The notes beneath the pieces were generated by a model that was not told the DNA's origin, ran no database searches, and worked only from the letters and a program-made list of their open reading frames with translations. Position numbers and translations under genes: made by a program. From Lytechinus pictus (Eukaryota): DNA of 64,000 nucleotides. Positions within the stretch are counted from its first letter, which is position 1, and each line of letters starts with the position of its first letter. Below are positions 26,500-39,254 of the stretch, in pieces. The stretch lies in NCBI RefSeq assembly GCF_037042905.1, contig NC_087245.1, forward strand, positions 8,806,001 through 8,870,000. Reading direction: 5' to 3'.

Positions 26500-27725
26500 T
26501 TGCATTACAAGCTACTTTCTCAGTTTTTAACCGATTTTCATGAAATTTGGAACACACATTGTTCTCAAGGTAAGGAGGTGTAAGAGTTTTTTTTTTCCTT
26601 TTTTGGAGATTGTGTTGCCATGGTAACAGTATATTATGGCCAAAATTTTGCCGTTTAAAATACTTTCATCAGTTTTCTACCAATTCTCAAGAAAGTTGGC
26701 TCACACATTGATTTTGAGGTAAAGATGTGCAAGACACATTTTTTAATGTGTCGGAAATTGTGTTGCCATGGTAACGGTATATTATGGCAAAAGCTATGTA
26801 TAAATCTTGCTGTTCCAACTACTTCCTCAGTTATTAACAAATTCTCATGAAATTTGGCACATACATTAGTCTTATTGTGAAGATGTGCAAAACATATTAT
26901 ATGCCTAAAGTATATAATTGCGTTGCCATGGTAACAACATATTAAATATCGAAAATTAGGTGAAAAACTTGTGGTTTTTATTACTTAAGAAATTTTTAAC
27001 CATTTCTCATGATATTTGGCACAGACTTTAGTCTTTAGGTGAAAATTTGCAAGACACATTTTTGAATATATGTCAGAAATTGTGTTGCCATGGTAACGGT
27101 ATATTATGGCAAAACTTATGTAAAAATCTTGCAATTTCCAACTACTTCCCCAGTTTTAACCAATTCTCATGAAATGTGGCACAAACATTAGTCTTGATGT
27201 GAAGATGTGCAAAATATATTCATGACTTTATAAAAAAATCAGGTTGCCATGTTAACAAATCAAATATCAAAGTTAGATGAAAATTTAGTGATTTGACCTA
27301 TTTTATCAGTTTCCAAGTGGTCAATTCTAAAAAAAAAATTGGCACATACATTTATGTTGAGGTGAAGATGTCTAAGATATATTTTTGTCTGTATCAGAAA
27401 TTGTGTTGCCATGGTATAAACATATTAAATAACAAAAATAAGGTGAAAATTTGGTAGTTCAAACTCCTTCATCTTTTTTTAACCAATGCTCATAAAATTT
27501 GGCACACTAATTAGTCTTGAATTGAAGATGTGCAAGACATATTTTTGTATGTATCAGAAATCGTGTTGCCATGGTAACAACATATTACATAATGAATTAG
27601 GTGAAAATCTGAACTCCTTCATTAGTTTTCAACCAGTTCTTATAAAAGTTGGCTCACACATTGGTTTTGAGGTATAGTTCTGCAAGACATATATTTGTAT
27701 ACATGTGTTGGAAACTGTGTTGGGC
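26500..27725. repeat. Tandem array of ~160-bp units containing GTTGCCATGGTAAC
   Basis: Motif starts at 26614, 26762, 26922, 27084, 27243, 27405, 27565. Confidence 0.85.
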
Positions 27726-27976
27726 ACATTTGCTCATTCATCAAAATATGTGTGTGTATGGTAACTACACACACCATAATAAGATTAAGACAATGCTAAC
27801 TGTTGTTTGGCTACAAAGAGAACTACATAGTACATGTAGCTGTAGGCTTAGTACTAGTTTTAAGGGGCTGCTAGACCTCTAGATCTCGAACTACAGTCCA
27901 GAGCTTTAGATCTAGATCCTTTAGAGCTAGTAATAGAAATAATCCAACAGATCAGTAGCCTACTTCCTTTAATTAA

Positions 27977-30596
27977 CTCTTTAAGAGCCATTGGCAGCTA
28001 TAGCTGCCCATAGCCCTCTAGTGCCACTGGCAGCTATAGTTGCCCAACTAACTTTTTTTTGTTTAACCAATTTTACAGCCAGAAAATCAACACTATATTC
28101 TGTGTTTTTTATGTTGTTATATTGGCAAGGAATTCACAATTGATTTTGTTATATAATGAATAGTGGTTTACATAGACATTTTTTGAGTAAAATGGCATTT
28201 TGATTTCGGATATTGCCGCGATCTGAATCAAAATTTCCCCTATAGACACGTGTGATATAAAGATTGTGTGTAGCAATACACGTACTTCTACGGGCAGAGC
28301 AAAGGCGAGTGTGCGAAGGCATTCAGCTCAGAATTGACCAATGACAGAGCGGTACGATGTCTCTCACCCAACGCTACTCGCCCATTCGCTATTGTTTTAT
28401 GAATATTCATGAGCTATCGATCGGCTATTCTGCAGGCCGGTATGGTAGTATTCTTGTGTCAAGGCTTTTTTCTGCCTGCAAATGTGCACGGTTTGGGGGA
28501 GATTTTTTGGGGGTGGGGGGGGGGAAAGGTCTTATACTTTGTTTTTTTAGCATTCTCACAAAATTGTTCTCGTTATAAATATATGAGTAAAGAAGGCTGT
28601 CATTTCCAACTCTCATCGCACTGCAATCATCACACTCATTATTTATTTATTCATTTATTATTATTATTATTATCATTATTAGTATTACTATTATCGTAAT
28701 CATTATTATCATTATAGTTATTGCTATTATTATCATTATTATTCTCCTTTACCTTCTTATTATTAATGTTATTGCCATCAGAATCATCATCATCATCATT
28801 ATGATTATTATTAAAAAATAATTGTTGTAATCATATCAATTGCATTCCTTCTGCAGCCAAACTCTCTCTTCATAAACTTAAGATCAGGTAAATAACGGTT
28901 CATATTCGTTTGTGTTTTTATAGCCCAAACCATAAAAAAAGAATGATTGACATTGTTATGCTTATCAATATCATATTCAAACTTCTCACAAAAATATGAA
29001 TCGTTCAATATTCTCCTCGAATCAAATAGGAAGAAGCAAAACAAATACATGTGATAATTAAAACGGCCGATAATACCGCTTTATTCGTCTCAAGATGTTT
29101 TGAGGAAAAGAAAAAAAGGGATACATTAACAAAACCGATCAGACCGACCTGTTAGTTGCTGCATCATTGACGTCACTATCAAAGGGATTTTAAAACGACT
29201 TTAGAGAGTAGAAATGAAAATGATAACGATGATAACGGGTTGAATATTACATTTCTTTATACCACGCATATTATTGTACACTATGTTATCTGAACAAATA
29301 AATTTCTTTTACCACGGATAGTGCTACGAGCTGGGGAGGCCCTGGGCGGACCGGGATGCAGGATTTTTCTGTAGGGGGGCAAATTGTTTTCTCTTTACCT
29401 GGGTCACCCATAAGAAATCAATACCGGAACCTTTGAAAGTATTCAAATGTCAAATCAAAAGACGCGCATGAGCCCCGATTTCTATGAACATCCTGTGCTA
29501 AATTACTCTCCTAGATAATAGGTCAGAAGGGAGCGCGGATTAGAGATTCCTCATGAAAGAGAGTCTGGGCATCTATTGTTCATGACTTGGTGGCATGACC
29601 AAAAGAAAGTAGTCACGTAGAATGTTAACAGGTGGCTACTTTGGTCAGACCAGTAATACAGAACAAATAGGCCTATTTTCTTTTTGAAAATTTGTATTGA
29701 TTTTTTTGTTTGTAACTGATTTGCATTCCCTCTTCTCTGATTCACGAAAAATAAACTTTTTTTTCTTTTTCTCGTCTGTGCACTTTGCCAAGAACGCCCA
29801 TATTATTTTGTGGGATTTTATACCCCAAACTTGTAAGTATTGAAACTGTCCGACCCCTCTTTATCTTTATTTCAATATATCATCTTAAGTTCTTTTATAT
29901 TTTGTCTCCTTCTGACTGGCAATAACTTTGTTTGTTACACTACAAATAAACAAATTACAGAGTCTTATTTTGAAGACTACACGAATGAAAGGGTACGGTT
30001 GGCCGCACTTTGAAGATACATGGCTCTAATATATTATTGTGTGTGTTTGCGTGGGGATCGCAGCTGTGCTGTGATTGGTCACTTGATCGGCGACAATGCC
30101 CTTTTTTGGAACAGGTCGCTTTATCGTACTTCAGAGGAAATAACTTGAATAGCAAAATAGTATTTTATTCAAAAGAGCATTATTTTTCGTTATTTCTTTT
30201 TGTTCAATTTCATTAATAGATACGTCATTTGAAAGGGTAAACATTGAACTTTCATTTTATCTTCTTAATTTCTTGGTATCTCTACAATTCCTCAGGTTAT
30301 TTACTTTTTAAAATGTTCATGAAATCATAATTTTCTAGGTTTTACTTATTGAAAAAAAACGATGTAAAATATTACATCTTTTCTCCATTTTTCCAAACGC
30401 AAATATGAAAGATAATAACACGACCATAAAGCCCATGAACCATGCATCATTTCATGTGTAGAAGGTTTTATTATACAACGTACGGGTAAAGAATTATGAC
30501 CGTTTTAAAATCAGTCGCTGCTCACATTTCGGTCAATTTAGGGTTCCCTCGAATATCCCTGGCAGTAGAGGGGTATTGGGCCTGGCAGGGTAAGAG
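27977..30596. mobile_element. Non-autonomous piggyBac-like element nested in Harbinger
   Basis: TTAA on both sides; termini CTCTTtaagaGCCA...TGGCagggtAAGAG, with subterminal repeats. Confidence 0.6.
28636..28815. repeat. Low-complexity (ATT/ATC)n tract
   Basis: Direct reading. Confidence 0.85.
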
Positions 30597-32500
30597 TTAA
30601 AGGCCTAAAGTTAGATGAGTAGATCTACTGAGTACTGTAGACTAGCCTACATTTACTTTTTTTTAGAATCTACATTGAGCATGTTGAGAGTCTACAAACC
30701 TCTAGACCTATTACATGTAGACCTAGATTGATATAGATCTAGTTCTAGGTCTAGATAGGGTCTAACTTTTAGTCTAAGTTATTTAGTCTACTAGATCTAG
30801 GCCAGCGTTAGACATTCTAGATCATACAGTAGACTAGATCAGCCAGTCCTAATGTTAGGGCTACCGGCTAGGCTAGAAATAGAATCTAGAAAGAATAGAT
30901 AGCACAGACAAACGTTAGGCCAAGATCTAAATTCTTACATAAATCTAGGCCAGGCCTAGTCTAGTCAAGAATGAGCTGTTGGTCTAGGTTTAGGCCTGTT
31001 TTCTAGTCCTGGATCTGGAAACCTAAACGAGTCCCCCAAAATGTTTAAAATTAAATAAAAAAACTCTTCAAAGAAACAGATATGGACCTAAAACTGGAGT
31101 AGAGAGATGTCTAGGACTAATTCTAAATTTAGCCAGGCCTAGTTACTTGGCAAGCAATGCAGCGATAGTTGGATCTAACACTGTAATGTAGACATGAATA
31201 ACCGTTGTTTCTGAAGATTTATTTTAAAAATTCTGACATTTTACTGTCGTATCACATTGCCTTGGTGAGAGAGGCCAACAAAGACTGTCATAGTTCAGCG
31301 AGCAACCAATACAGAGACTGTTCAAAGCTTTTTGTCTAAGTAAGAGTATCAGATCTAAGGTTAGAATAATCTATAGGCCCTAGGCCTATCTAAGTTAGTA
31401 TCATCCCTGTCCCAGACCCGGTCCAGAGACTGTTCAAAGCTTTTTGTCTTAGACAAATCAGATCTATTCGTATTCCACTAACTTTGTTAGATCTAAGGTT
31501 AGAATAATAATCTATATCTATCCCTGTCCCTAAGCTGAGCCAGCCTAAGTCATGAATGTTGTTCTAGGCCTAGACCAATATGTATCTTCAGTCTCGGTTG
31601 CTCCACTAACTCACTAGACTACGTATCGTAGACACGTTTTGCTTCAGGAAAGTAAAAGTAAAACAGTCAAAAAACAATGTTCAATTCTCCTCCAAACAAT
31701 TGGGCCTAGGCTAGATCTAACTATAGGCCTAATGTCAGACCCAAGACTACTCTCAAAAGTTAAAAAAATTCCCTTACTTAAAGTTAGAATAAAGACGTCG
31801 ACCTCTTAACTTATTGTTTTACTTTTAGATCTAGGACTAGAGTCTAGACTCTAGTCTAACGTTAGAGTGTTTGAGGGGAATCTATTCAATTTAGATTTTG
31901 ACAAACATGAAAAGCAATGAATGGGACTGATACACAAAAAACTGCATATCACTCGGTTTGGGGTTGAAATGTTTTAGTAATTAACAAAAATAAAGAAAAA
32001 CTTAATGAAAATTTCTTACCATATATGGGTGATGAATTATTTTCTTTCACTACAATAGTTGTAATTAGTTTCCATAAAATCCAAATTTTTAAGAAAAAAC
32101 AACTTTAGTAAAATTTTTTCAACTTTGTTGCAATCATCCCTGCAGCAGTAATTTACCAAAAAGGTGCTAGTCTTGGTTAAAAGAGGGTTATTATTTCCAA
32201 AAATAATTTTAAACCCGGGTTTAACCCAGGTTTAGTTAAACCCGGCTATCAGAATACCAAAATAATTAAACTACACTTAGACCAGAGGTGAGGTTTAGAG
32301 GAGGTTTAGTTAAACCAGGGTTAACTTTAGACTAGGGTTAAATTAAACCTGCTATCAGAATACGGGCCTAGGAGTCTAAAAGGAGGTTTTAATTAACATA
32401 TGAAATTGAAGTACATCTTTACTATATAATAGGAATGATTAATGACAATGGCATTGCATGGCATATCATACTGCAATCATCGCTAATCTGGCTTACTTAC

Positions 32501-33740
32501 CGTAACATCAATGGGTCACTCATTGCATGGTCATAAGCAGCATCAACCTCCGCAATACATTGGGACAGTGATTTTCCGTTTCAAAAAATTGCCTTTTCCG
32601 TTTCAGAAAATCTCAAATTCCGTTTCAGCATGTCAGAAAACGGAAATTCCGTTTCCCCATAGACTTTGTACACACGGAAAAGTGACAATTCCGTTTACAC
32701 ATTTACATGCACACTCGCACTGGTCAAAATTTGTATCTGCTACTGTACCAACAACACAATAAAATCCGTTCTAATCGGATCTATGCGGGTGAATAAAATA
32801 TTCTAACACACCCATTTTGCATGCATACATCCTCACCTTTCATATTATTAGCATTATTTCACGGTGAAATGATATTTCATCGATAATTTTGGGGTTTTTT
32901 GGACATCGTTATCATCAGTCATCGTCTTCTCCCAATCCGCCATCTTGGATTTTAAGACCACGATATCGTGCTGTTACATCTTCAAACGTAGAGGGCAGCA
33001 ACACACAACTGTGTACATGTAGTTGAACGATACATGTGTGCATGTGAAGCCCAACCCGGCGCGGCCGGCCGGGTACGGGTACGGTGCGGGGTACAATCGA
33101 GTGTGCTGATGTCGAGTGCAGTCACGATGTGTGAATTATCATGATAGTAGCGAAGTGAGATCGTGTTTTCTGGGTTTTTTTTGGCCATTTAATATTCTCA
33201 TTTTGTTGTGATTTTGGAGTAATTTCTGTTGCTATTCTGTGTATTTTGAGGGAAAATACGTTTTCCGTGATTTTCCGTTTGAAATGCCATTTTCCGTTTC
33301 AAAAGGCCCTTTCCGTGAATTCCGTCCGTTTTCCGGAATCGCGGAAAATCACTGTCCCTAAATACAACATCTGTTTCATGTGGCCGAAAAAAGGACTGAT
33401 GGTGGACGGTGGCACTTCTCGATCTTATGTTTCCCATCCCACAGCCATCTCCACACAACTTGAGAATGTGGAATGTGCAGAGGAACAAGCTGGCATCAGG
33501 ATATACTGAGCTGAGGGCCTTGCGTTCAGCTAGGCAATTATTAGTGATGAAGATTTGCGGTCCTCTATCTTCCTTGCCCAAAAAATGCATTCGTTGAAAA
33601 AACTGATTGTAGTAGCTTCAATCCGGCCTGTATTGTCTTTTGTGCCTCATTTGAGCATATCACTACTCCAATAGTAAGGCCCCCGGCAATGCTGTGTGTC
33701 AGCAGTTGAAAAACTCTGCAGTCATGGCGATCAACATTTC
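32501..33740 (-). pseudogene. MULE-type transposase core exon, interrupted by a MITE
   Basis: GNVDRH..RVF.LLTHSIAGGL.IG, GPQIFITNN..AER.AL..VYP.A..FLCTFH; acceptor gacag before 33740 and donor gtaagt after 32501. Confidence 0.75.
32560..33360. mobile_element. hAT-like MITE with apparent 6-bp TSD
   Basis: TIR GGGACAGTGATTTTCCG...CGGAAAATCACTGTCCC; AATACA on both flanks; TTCCGT subterminal repeats. Confidence 0.75.
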
Positions 33741-34678
33741 CTGTCATCAGAAATAAATGCATGTGTTTAGAATAGGAAAAAATTATCAGAAAGATGAGAA
33801 AATTATGTTTCTTGGATAAAGTGATTTAAATAATAAATACACTAATTGTAGAGCAATTCAGCTTTCACTTTATATGTATGATCACTTATTACTTCAGTAT
33901 CTAAATATTTCTCGTCTTGGATTCATAATGATAAATCTTACAAAGTTAAGAAAGATATTACGAATGAAAAAATATATACAGGTCATTCTGTTGTATCACT
34001 CAAAATAAACAGAATGCAAGGGTAGTATGGTTTGTGTTGTGACTTTACTTCGGTTTCACTTTGCAAGTGTTATTCCTCAATCACGTCATGATTGAATATT
34101 TCCACATCTCCCCAGTCTACAAAATTCCAAATAAATTCAAAATAGTCCAAAATGATAGTCCAAAGAAGGATCTGGTTTTAGAGTTCACTGATAAGTCCCT
34201 TGAAAATATTCTTTCAATCTTAGTCAAGTTCTGTTTTAATTTCAATTTTAACTTTCCCAATATTACTGCCCAACTAAGAAAATCTTGTTTCATTTAATAG
34301 ACAGTCTGTTGGGCGGTTTTACAAATCGTCCGGATCTTGTTTGCATTTCTGTCACAGCTCTTGTTGGGGAGGCACGTTGCTAAATCGGGCCAGTCTGCTG
34401 GGTAAGCTGCAGGGCATCTGGCTCAGCAGGATCATCAGGGCTTGTTGGTAGACTGGAAGACTCTGGCACTGTGGTCATCTTCGCTGGAAATCAGTGCCTT
34501 CCGATTGCGACATATTGTATCATGCTCTGTCTGGAGATGGTTGGATCTTGGTTGTGCTTTCTGGATGACAGTCCCATAGCGAGACTGATCACAGATCCAA
34601 CCCAAATCCCCTGGGTGTAGCTCTGAAAGTTCACATGAGTCATGGTGCCTGTTGTAGGTCATCATCTGATCTGACCAG

Positions 34679-36668
34679 GGGCCCATTTCATAAAGAGTTG
34701 CTATCATAGCAAGTTGCTATCATAGCAACTCTGGTAGAATAGCAGCTTTTACTTGCTATGCTAGCAACTTGCTATGCTAGCAACTTTGCATTTCATAAAA
34801 GCACATTCGCTGGAAAGTCAGCTTGACTTTCCAGCTATTTATTTGAATAGTCATGTACGAGGCTGATTAGGGGGGAATCCCCTTTCTCTCCAGTTTTTTG
34901 TTTTCAATTCAAGTCATAAGTTTTGGTAGAAAGCACTGGCGGATCCGGGGGGGGGGGGGGGGGGGGGCACAGCCGGCCCATGCCCCCCCCCCACCTTTGA
35001 GAAGCAAAATTAGAAGAAGAAAAATTGAAAGAGTATATTATTATTTTTTTGCTTATTAATTTTTTCGGGAGCGAAATTATTATTTAGCAGCTGCAAACAG
35101 GGTCTGCAGCATAAGACTAGCAGTTGAAGCAGAGTGATGGCTCTATGGCGATAGTTTGCAATTCTAGAAGAGAATAAGAAGAAAATATCTATTTGTCACA
35201 GGATGGCATAGCATTGTTTCTCCATTGTGTAAGTTTTCAGAGAATTGATTTCATTTAGCCCTATGCCAGGGAAAAAATTATTTAAAAAAGGGGGAAAATT
35301 TATTATTATTGCCGGTCAAAATTTCACCTTCAACAAATTTTCTACCGTACAAGTTTAATTTCAGTCCCACACTTGACTATTTGTGTCGGTAATGCAAGGT
35401 TGTATCAACAACAAGTCAAGGCAGGCGGCGGCCCACTGCTGGTGCAGTGCTGTATGATCACCCTGAAGCAAGTAAATTTGTAGGCTCTAATTATGCATGA
35501 AACATCGAAAATGACCTTAAAAGATTATTTTTGTTCAAAATGGAAATGATTTTTAAGTTATCGGTTTCAACGGTGAATAACCATTCAGTAGGCCCCTAAA
35601 TGCATTCAACAATGCCATGGCCACAACTTTTTTTTTTTAGAAAGTCAGAAACAGAAAAAAAAGCAATCACTTTTTTATCGCATACATTCGTAATTCCGAA
35701 GCTTCATTATTCCGAAGGTTCGTTAGTCCGAAAACGAAGTGAGGTTCGTAATTCCGAAGGTTCGTTAATCCGAAAACGAAATGGTTAACGAACGTTATTT
35801 CGTTTTCGGACTAACGAACCTTATTTCGTTTTCGGATTAACGAATCTTCGGAACAACGAACCTTATTTCGTTCTTGGATTAACGAACCTTCGGAACATCA
35901 AACCTTATTTCGTTTTCGGATTGTCGAACCTTCGGAATAACGCCACAAATGTTCGGATTAACGAACTCTTTTACGTTTTCAGATTAACGAACATCGAGGT
36001 ATAGGCAATTTACGTGTTTCGGAATTACGGACCTTCGGAATTACGAAGTGTAACCTTTTTTATGGCCTAGGGCTTTTTTAATTTAGGCCTTGCATTAAAC
36101 ACTTCCACATAATAGATCTACCTTCCTCTATTTTTTCCCACAAGAAAAAAAATCCTTTAAATTTTTTTTTTTTTAAGTCTGTCTATAACTTGCCTCCCTT
36201 TTTTTCCCTTTGCCTGCCCTGGGAAAGACTGAAAAATTTGCTGTTTCGGAGGAATTTTTAGATTTTTTTTTTTTTTTGGGGTGGTAGGTAGAACAAAAAA
36301 AAAGAAACAGCATTTCTACTAGAAAGCATTACATTAATATTTTCTTTATTAGCATTATCACAGACATTGCTCTAAATATCTGTTCTCTTGTAAGAGCCCT
36401 TTGGGCATGCCTGAGCACAACGTACACCATTCTTAACAATGAAAAACCCTTTACAGTGTCAACTTGACGCTCCCCCATGACCAGCGTCAAATATTTAACC
36501 CTATTTGACGCTCCAGTAACCATACTTGTCGCTCCAGTAAAAAGTTGACGCTCCAGTCATTTTTATGAAATGCGCTGCAGCGTCAAATATTTAATTTGAC
36601 GCTGCAGGTGAAAATTTGACGCTGTTTTGGGACTTGACGCTGACGCTGTACCTTTATGAAATAGGCCC
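34679..36668. mobile_element. Non-autonomous Harbinger element
   Basis: TIR GGGCCCATTTCATAAAG...CTTTATGAAATAGGCCC; CAG/CAG TSD; different subterminal repeats at each end (TTGCTA left, TTGACGCT right). Confidence 0.85.
35681..36055. mobile_element. Foldback MITE built from inverted ~15/25-bp TTCG..TCCGAA units
   Basis: TTCGTAATTCCGAAG on the left, CTTCGGAATTACGAA on the right. Confidence 0.75.
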
Positions 36669-37869
36669 CAGTACTCCTCCTCCCTCACAAGGTAACACAA
36701 GGACCTGGGTCTTCAATCTCTTGCCCATGAGAAGTTCCCAAGGAGCTAGCCCATTTTGGAGTAGAGACACTCGATAGCTGAGAAGGGCTAGGTGGATGTC
36801 ATGGTTCTTTTTCAGCAATGCCTTGACAGTGCTAACTCCTCTTTCAGCTTTACCATTTGCTTGCGGGTACAACTGGTAGTATAGACAAATCCATTCTCTT
36901 CAGCAAGCTCTCTTAAGTTCTCATTGGCAAATTGGGGCCATTGTCTGATACTACAAGGTCCGGAATCCCATGGATTGCAAAGATCTCCTTCAGGGAATAA
37001 ATTACTGCTGCTGTTGTCTGACCATGCAGTTATTTTACTTCAATCCACCTCAAGTAGAAGTCAACGACTATTAGGAATGTTTTCCCTTAGTGTTCGAACA
37101 AGTCCCATGGACATTCCCATGGCCATGAAGGAAAGGACGAGGGAATCAAAGGCTTGTGGACTTCTTATCGATGGATAGCACAGATTGTACTTTTTGAAAT
37201 CAATTCTTCCAATGACTTTGATAGACCTGGCCACCACACTGATTCTCTTGATTGGACTGGATTGCATCACAAATGTCCCTTAGTCACCACTAACATCATG
37301 AAATTTACCAGAAATTGTTTTCATTAATATATTTGAAACAATCATGACCAAGTTTGGACCCCTCTCATGTAACTTGCCATATTTTCTGTAACTTAACAAG
37401 TCAAATTTTCAAAATTCTATTGCATTTTTCATTATTCCAATGTGATTGTAAAGAAAAGATTATTATAAGCAATATGATGATGATACAATACTGGTAATAT
37501 TGCACTAATAGAAATCCGTTCCAGATTTCCAAAATGAAATGATCAACTTACCCAGAATAAAAGTTATAATTAACTACTGACATTTTCAATGCAGAAGATA
37601 GGATACAAGATTTGCCAGTACAGTTTTTCCATAATTCAATGCGACATTCATTGTTCATGAAATAGAATGCATTTGGCTTCAATACTTTTTGAAAGTGATT
37701 TGGTTTTAAACAATTTTGGAGTTCCTGAATGTTAACTCATTACAGTGAACAGGGTATACCAAATTGCTCTATAAATCAACAACATATGTAATCTCTAATT
37801 TTGTAACCCTAAAATCTGATTCTATTATTCTGTGAATGGAGTGGTATATTACAGACTCTCTCTTACTGA

Positions 37870-38762
37870 TCAGATCATCGTCACTTCTTCATGCAATTTT
37901 GATCCGTCAATTGCAAGAATGAGAACGGAGCGAACGGTAGAAAAACGAGAAAAATAAAAACTTTGTGAAAGGGTGTGAAAAAAGAAGGAAAAGCAAGAAA
38001 ATAAATACCTCTGCATAAAATCCATGGTAGCACATACTTCCTGGTGGTAGGCAATGCCGAAAATATGTGATGCAAAAATAATCCGCACCCCGGCAATGAA
38101 AGTTGGAATTGAATCATTAACAACGTGGCTATCATTTGTCAATTGTGGGTAACAATGTGCATGAAATTTTTATCTAATTTGATTTAGAAGATTTAGATGA
38201 AAAAAAAACAGTTTCTTTTCTTCATTTTCCACCTGCATTTATTACAACTTCATCTAAAAAAAGAGAGCCAATGGAGTATATTAGAGAGTCAAAAGGGGCC
38301 TAAGCTTTTGATCCTAGCAGAATCTTCGTCGGAGGCCAAATTCTCCGACGAAGATTCTGCTAGGATCGAAAGCTTAGGCCCCTTTTGACTCTCTAAAAAA
38401 TATATTGATAAGACCTAAAACAAATAATTAAAATGTCACTAAAAAATCAACTCATTTTGTAAAGATGGATAAAATTGAGGTCGTCATGTCAGGAGGAAGG
38501 TTCAGCTAAATGTTGACCTCGTTGCCAGGTTACGACGATGCAGTGCACGTAAATGCATATACAGCGCGCAAAGTTGAATTTTTGTACAGTATTTGACCCG
38601 TAAAGTTTACAATTTTTGTTAGCATGCAGATTCATTCTGGCATGATACGTATGACGTCACGGCCTTATTTACAGACCTTTACTGTAAAAAGACGTATACG
38701 ATAAATATTCGATGAGTTTTACAGCCGGTGAATTGTAAAATTTACAGAGATTTTTTACAGTG
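37870..38762 (-). mobile_element. EnSpm/CACTA-like terminus plus accessory-ORF exon relic
   Basis: Minus strand begins CACTGTAAAAAATCTCTGTAAATTTTACA with TGTAAA subrepeats; peptide FIAGVRIIFASHIFGIAY...ATMDFMQR resembles the SAMD3-like second ORF of animal EnSpm, followed by a gtattt donor. Confidence 0.55.
38281..38396. repeat. Near-perfect hairpin MITE (54-bp arms, 8-nt loop)
   Basis: Arms differ at one position; TA-flanked GAGAG...CTCTC ends. Confidence 0.9.
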
Positions 38763-39254
38763 TACAAATTTTGCGACCATTCCGCCACACAATTTTTTTT
38801 TACTGTATCGCTCGCTGACTTTTTACTTTCAAGTCAACTGGTTCGTGTTTTCCGTGCTCTGAACCACGATCACAATAATTGCAATATAAACTCAATGGAT
38901 TGTCAACAGGCATGCAAACCAGCATGGACCAGTAGCCAGGATATGATGTATTCACTTTCTCAGTAAATTACTCTCTGATAAATCAATGGTACCACATTAA
39001 CATGACATCATCACCAATCAAAATATTGAATGCTTTCTGGTAATGATGAAATCTTCTCCTTTCTGGTGACTTGACACAAATTGCATAATAATTATTTGCA
39101 TGTTCTGGGACATTTAATAATGCGGACAAGTTTTAAGAAAATCGATATGTTGCTGTCAGTATAAATTTAGCTACCCACTTGTGATGAGATTGGGAGGTCT
39201 TTAAATATATATGGAAATGCTGATTCAAAACAAAATTGTTTGCAACTAGGGATT

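Larger units (their letters stand above)
26270..32368. mobile_element. Non-autonomous PIF/Harbinger element (6.1 kb)
   Basis: Perfect 18-bp TIR GGCCCGTATTCTGATAGC...GCTATCAGAATACGGGCC with TAG/TAG TSD; subterminal GGTTTAA/TTAAACC repeats. Confidence 0.85.
34298..37040 (-). pseudogene. Gypsy integrase C-terminal relic, split by a Harbinger insertion
   Basis: HGIPDLVVSDNGP, PQANGKAER.V.TVK.LL, LALLSYR, ELLMGKRL, PRS...RNRK.L, TRSGRFVKPP.RL. Confidence 0.8.

Noticed and set aside
26500..27725. CRISPR-like array (palindromic repeat at regular spacing)
   Set aside because: The intervening sequences are homologous to each other, so this is a tandem repeat; no cas genes; eukaryotic context.
32215..32345. 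Telomere-like GGTTTA/GGGTTA repeats
   Set aside because: They mirror 26290-26455 and are subterminal repeats of the Harbinger element.
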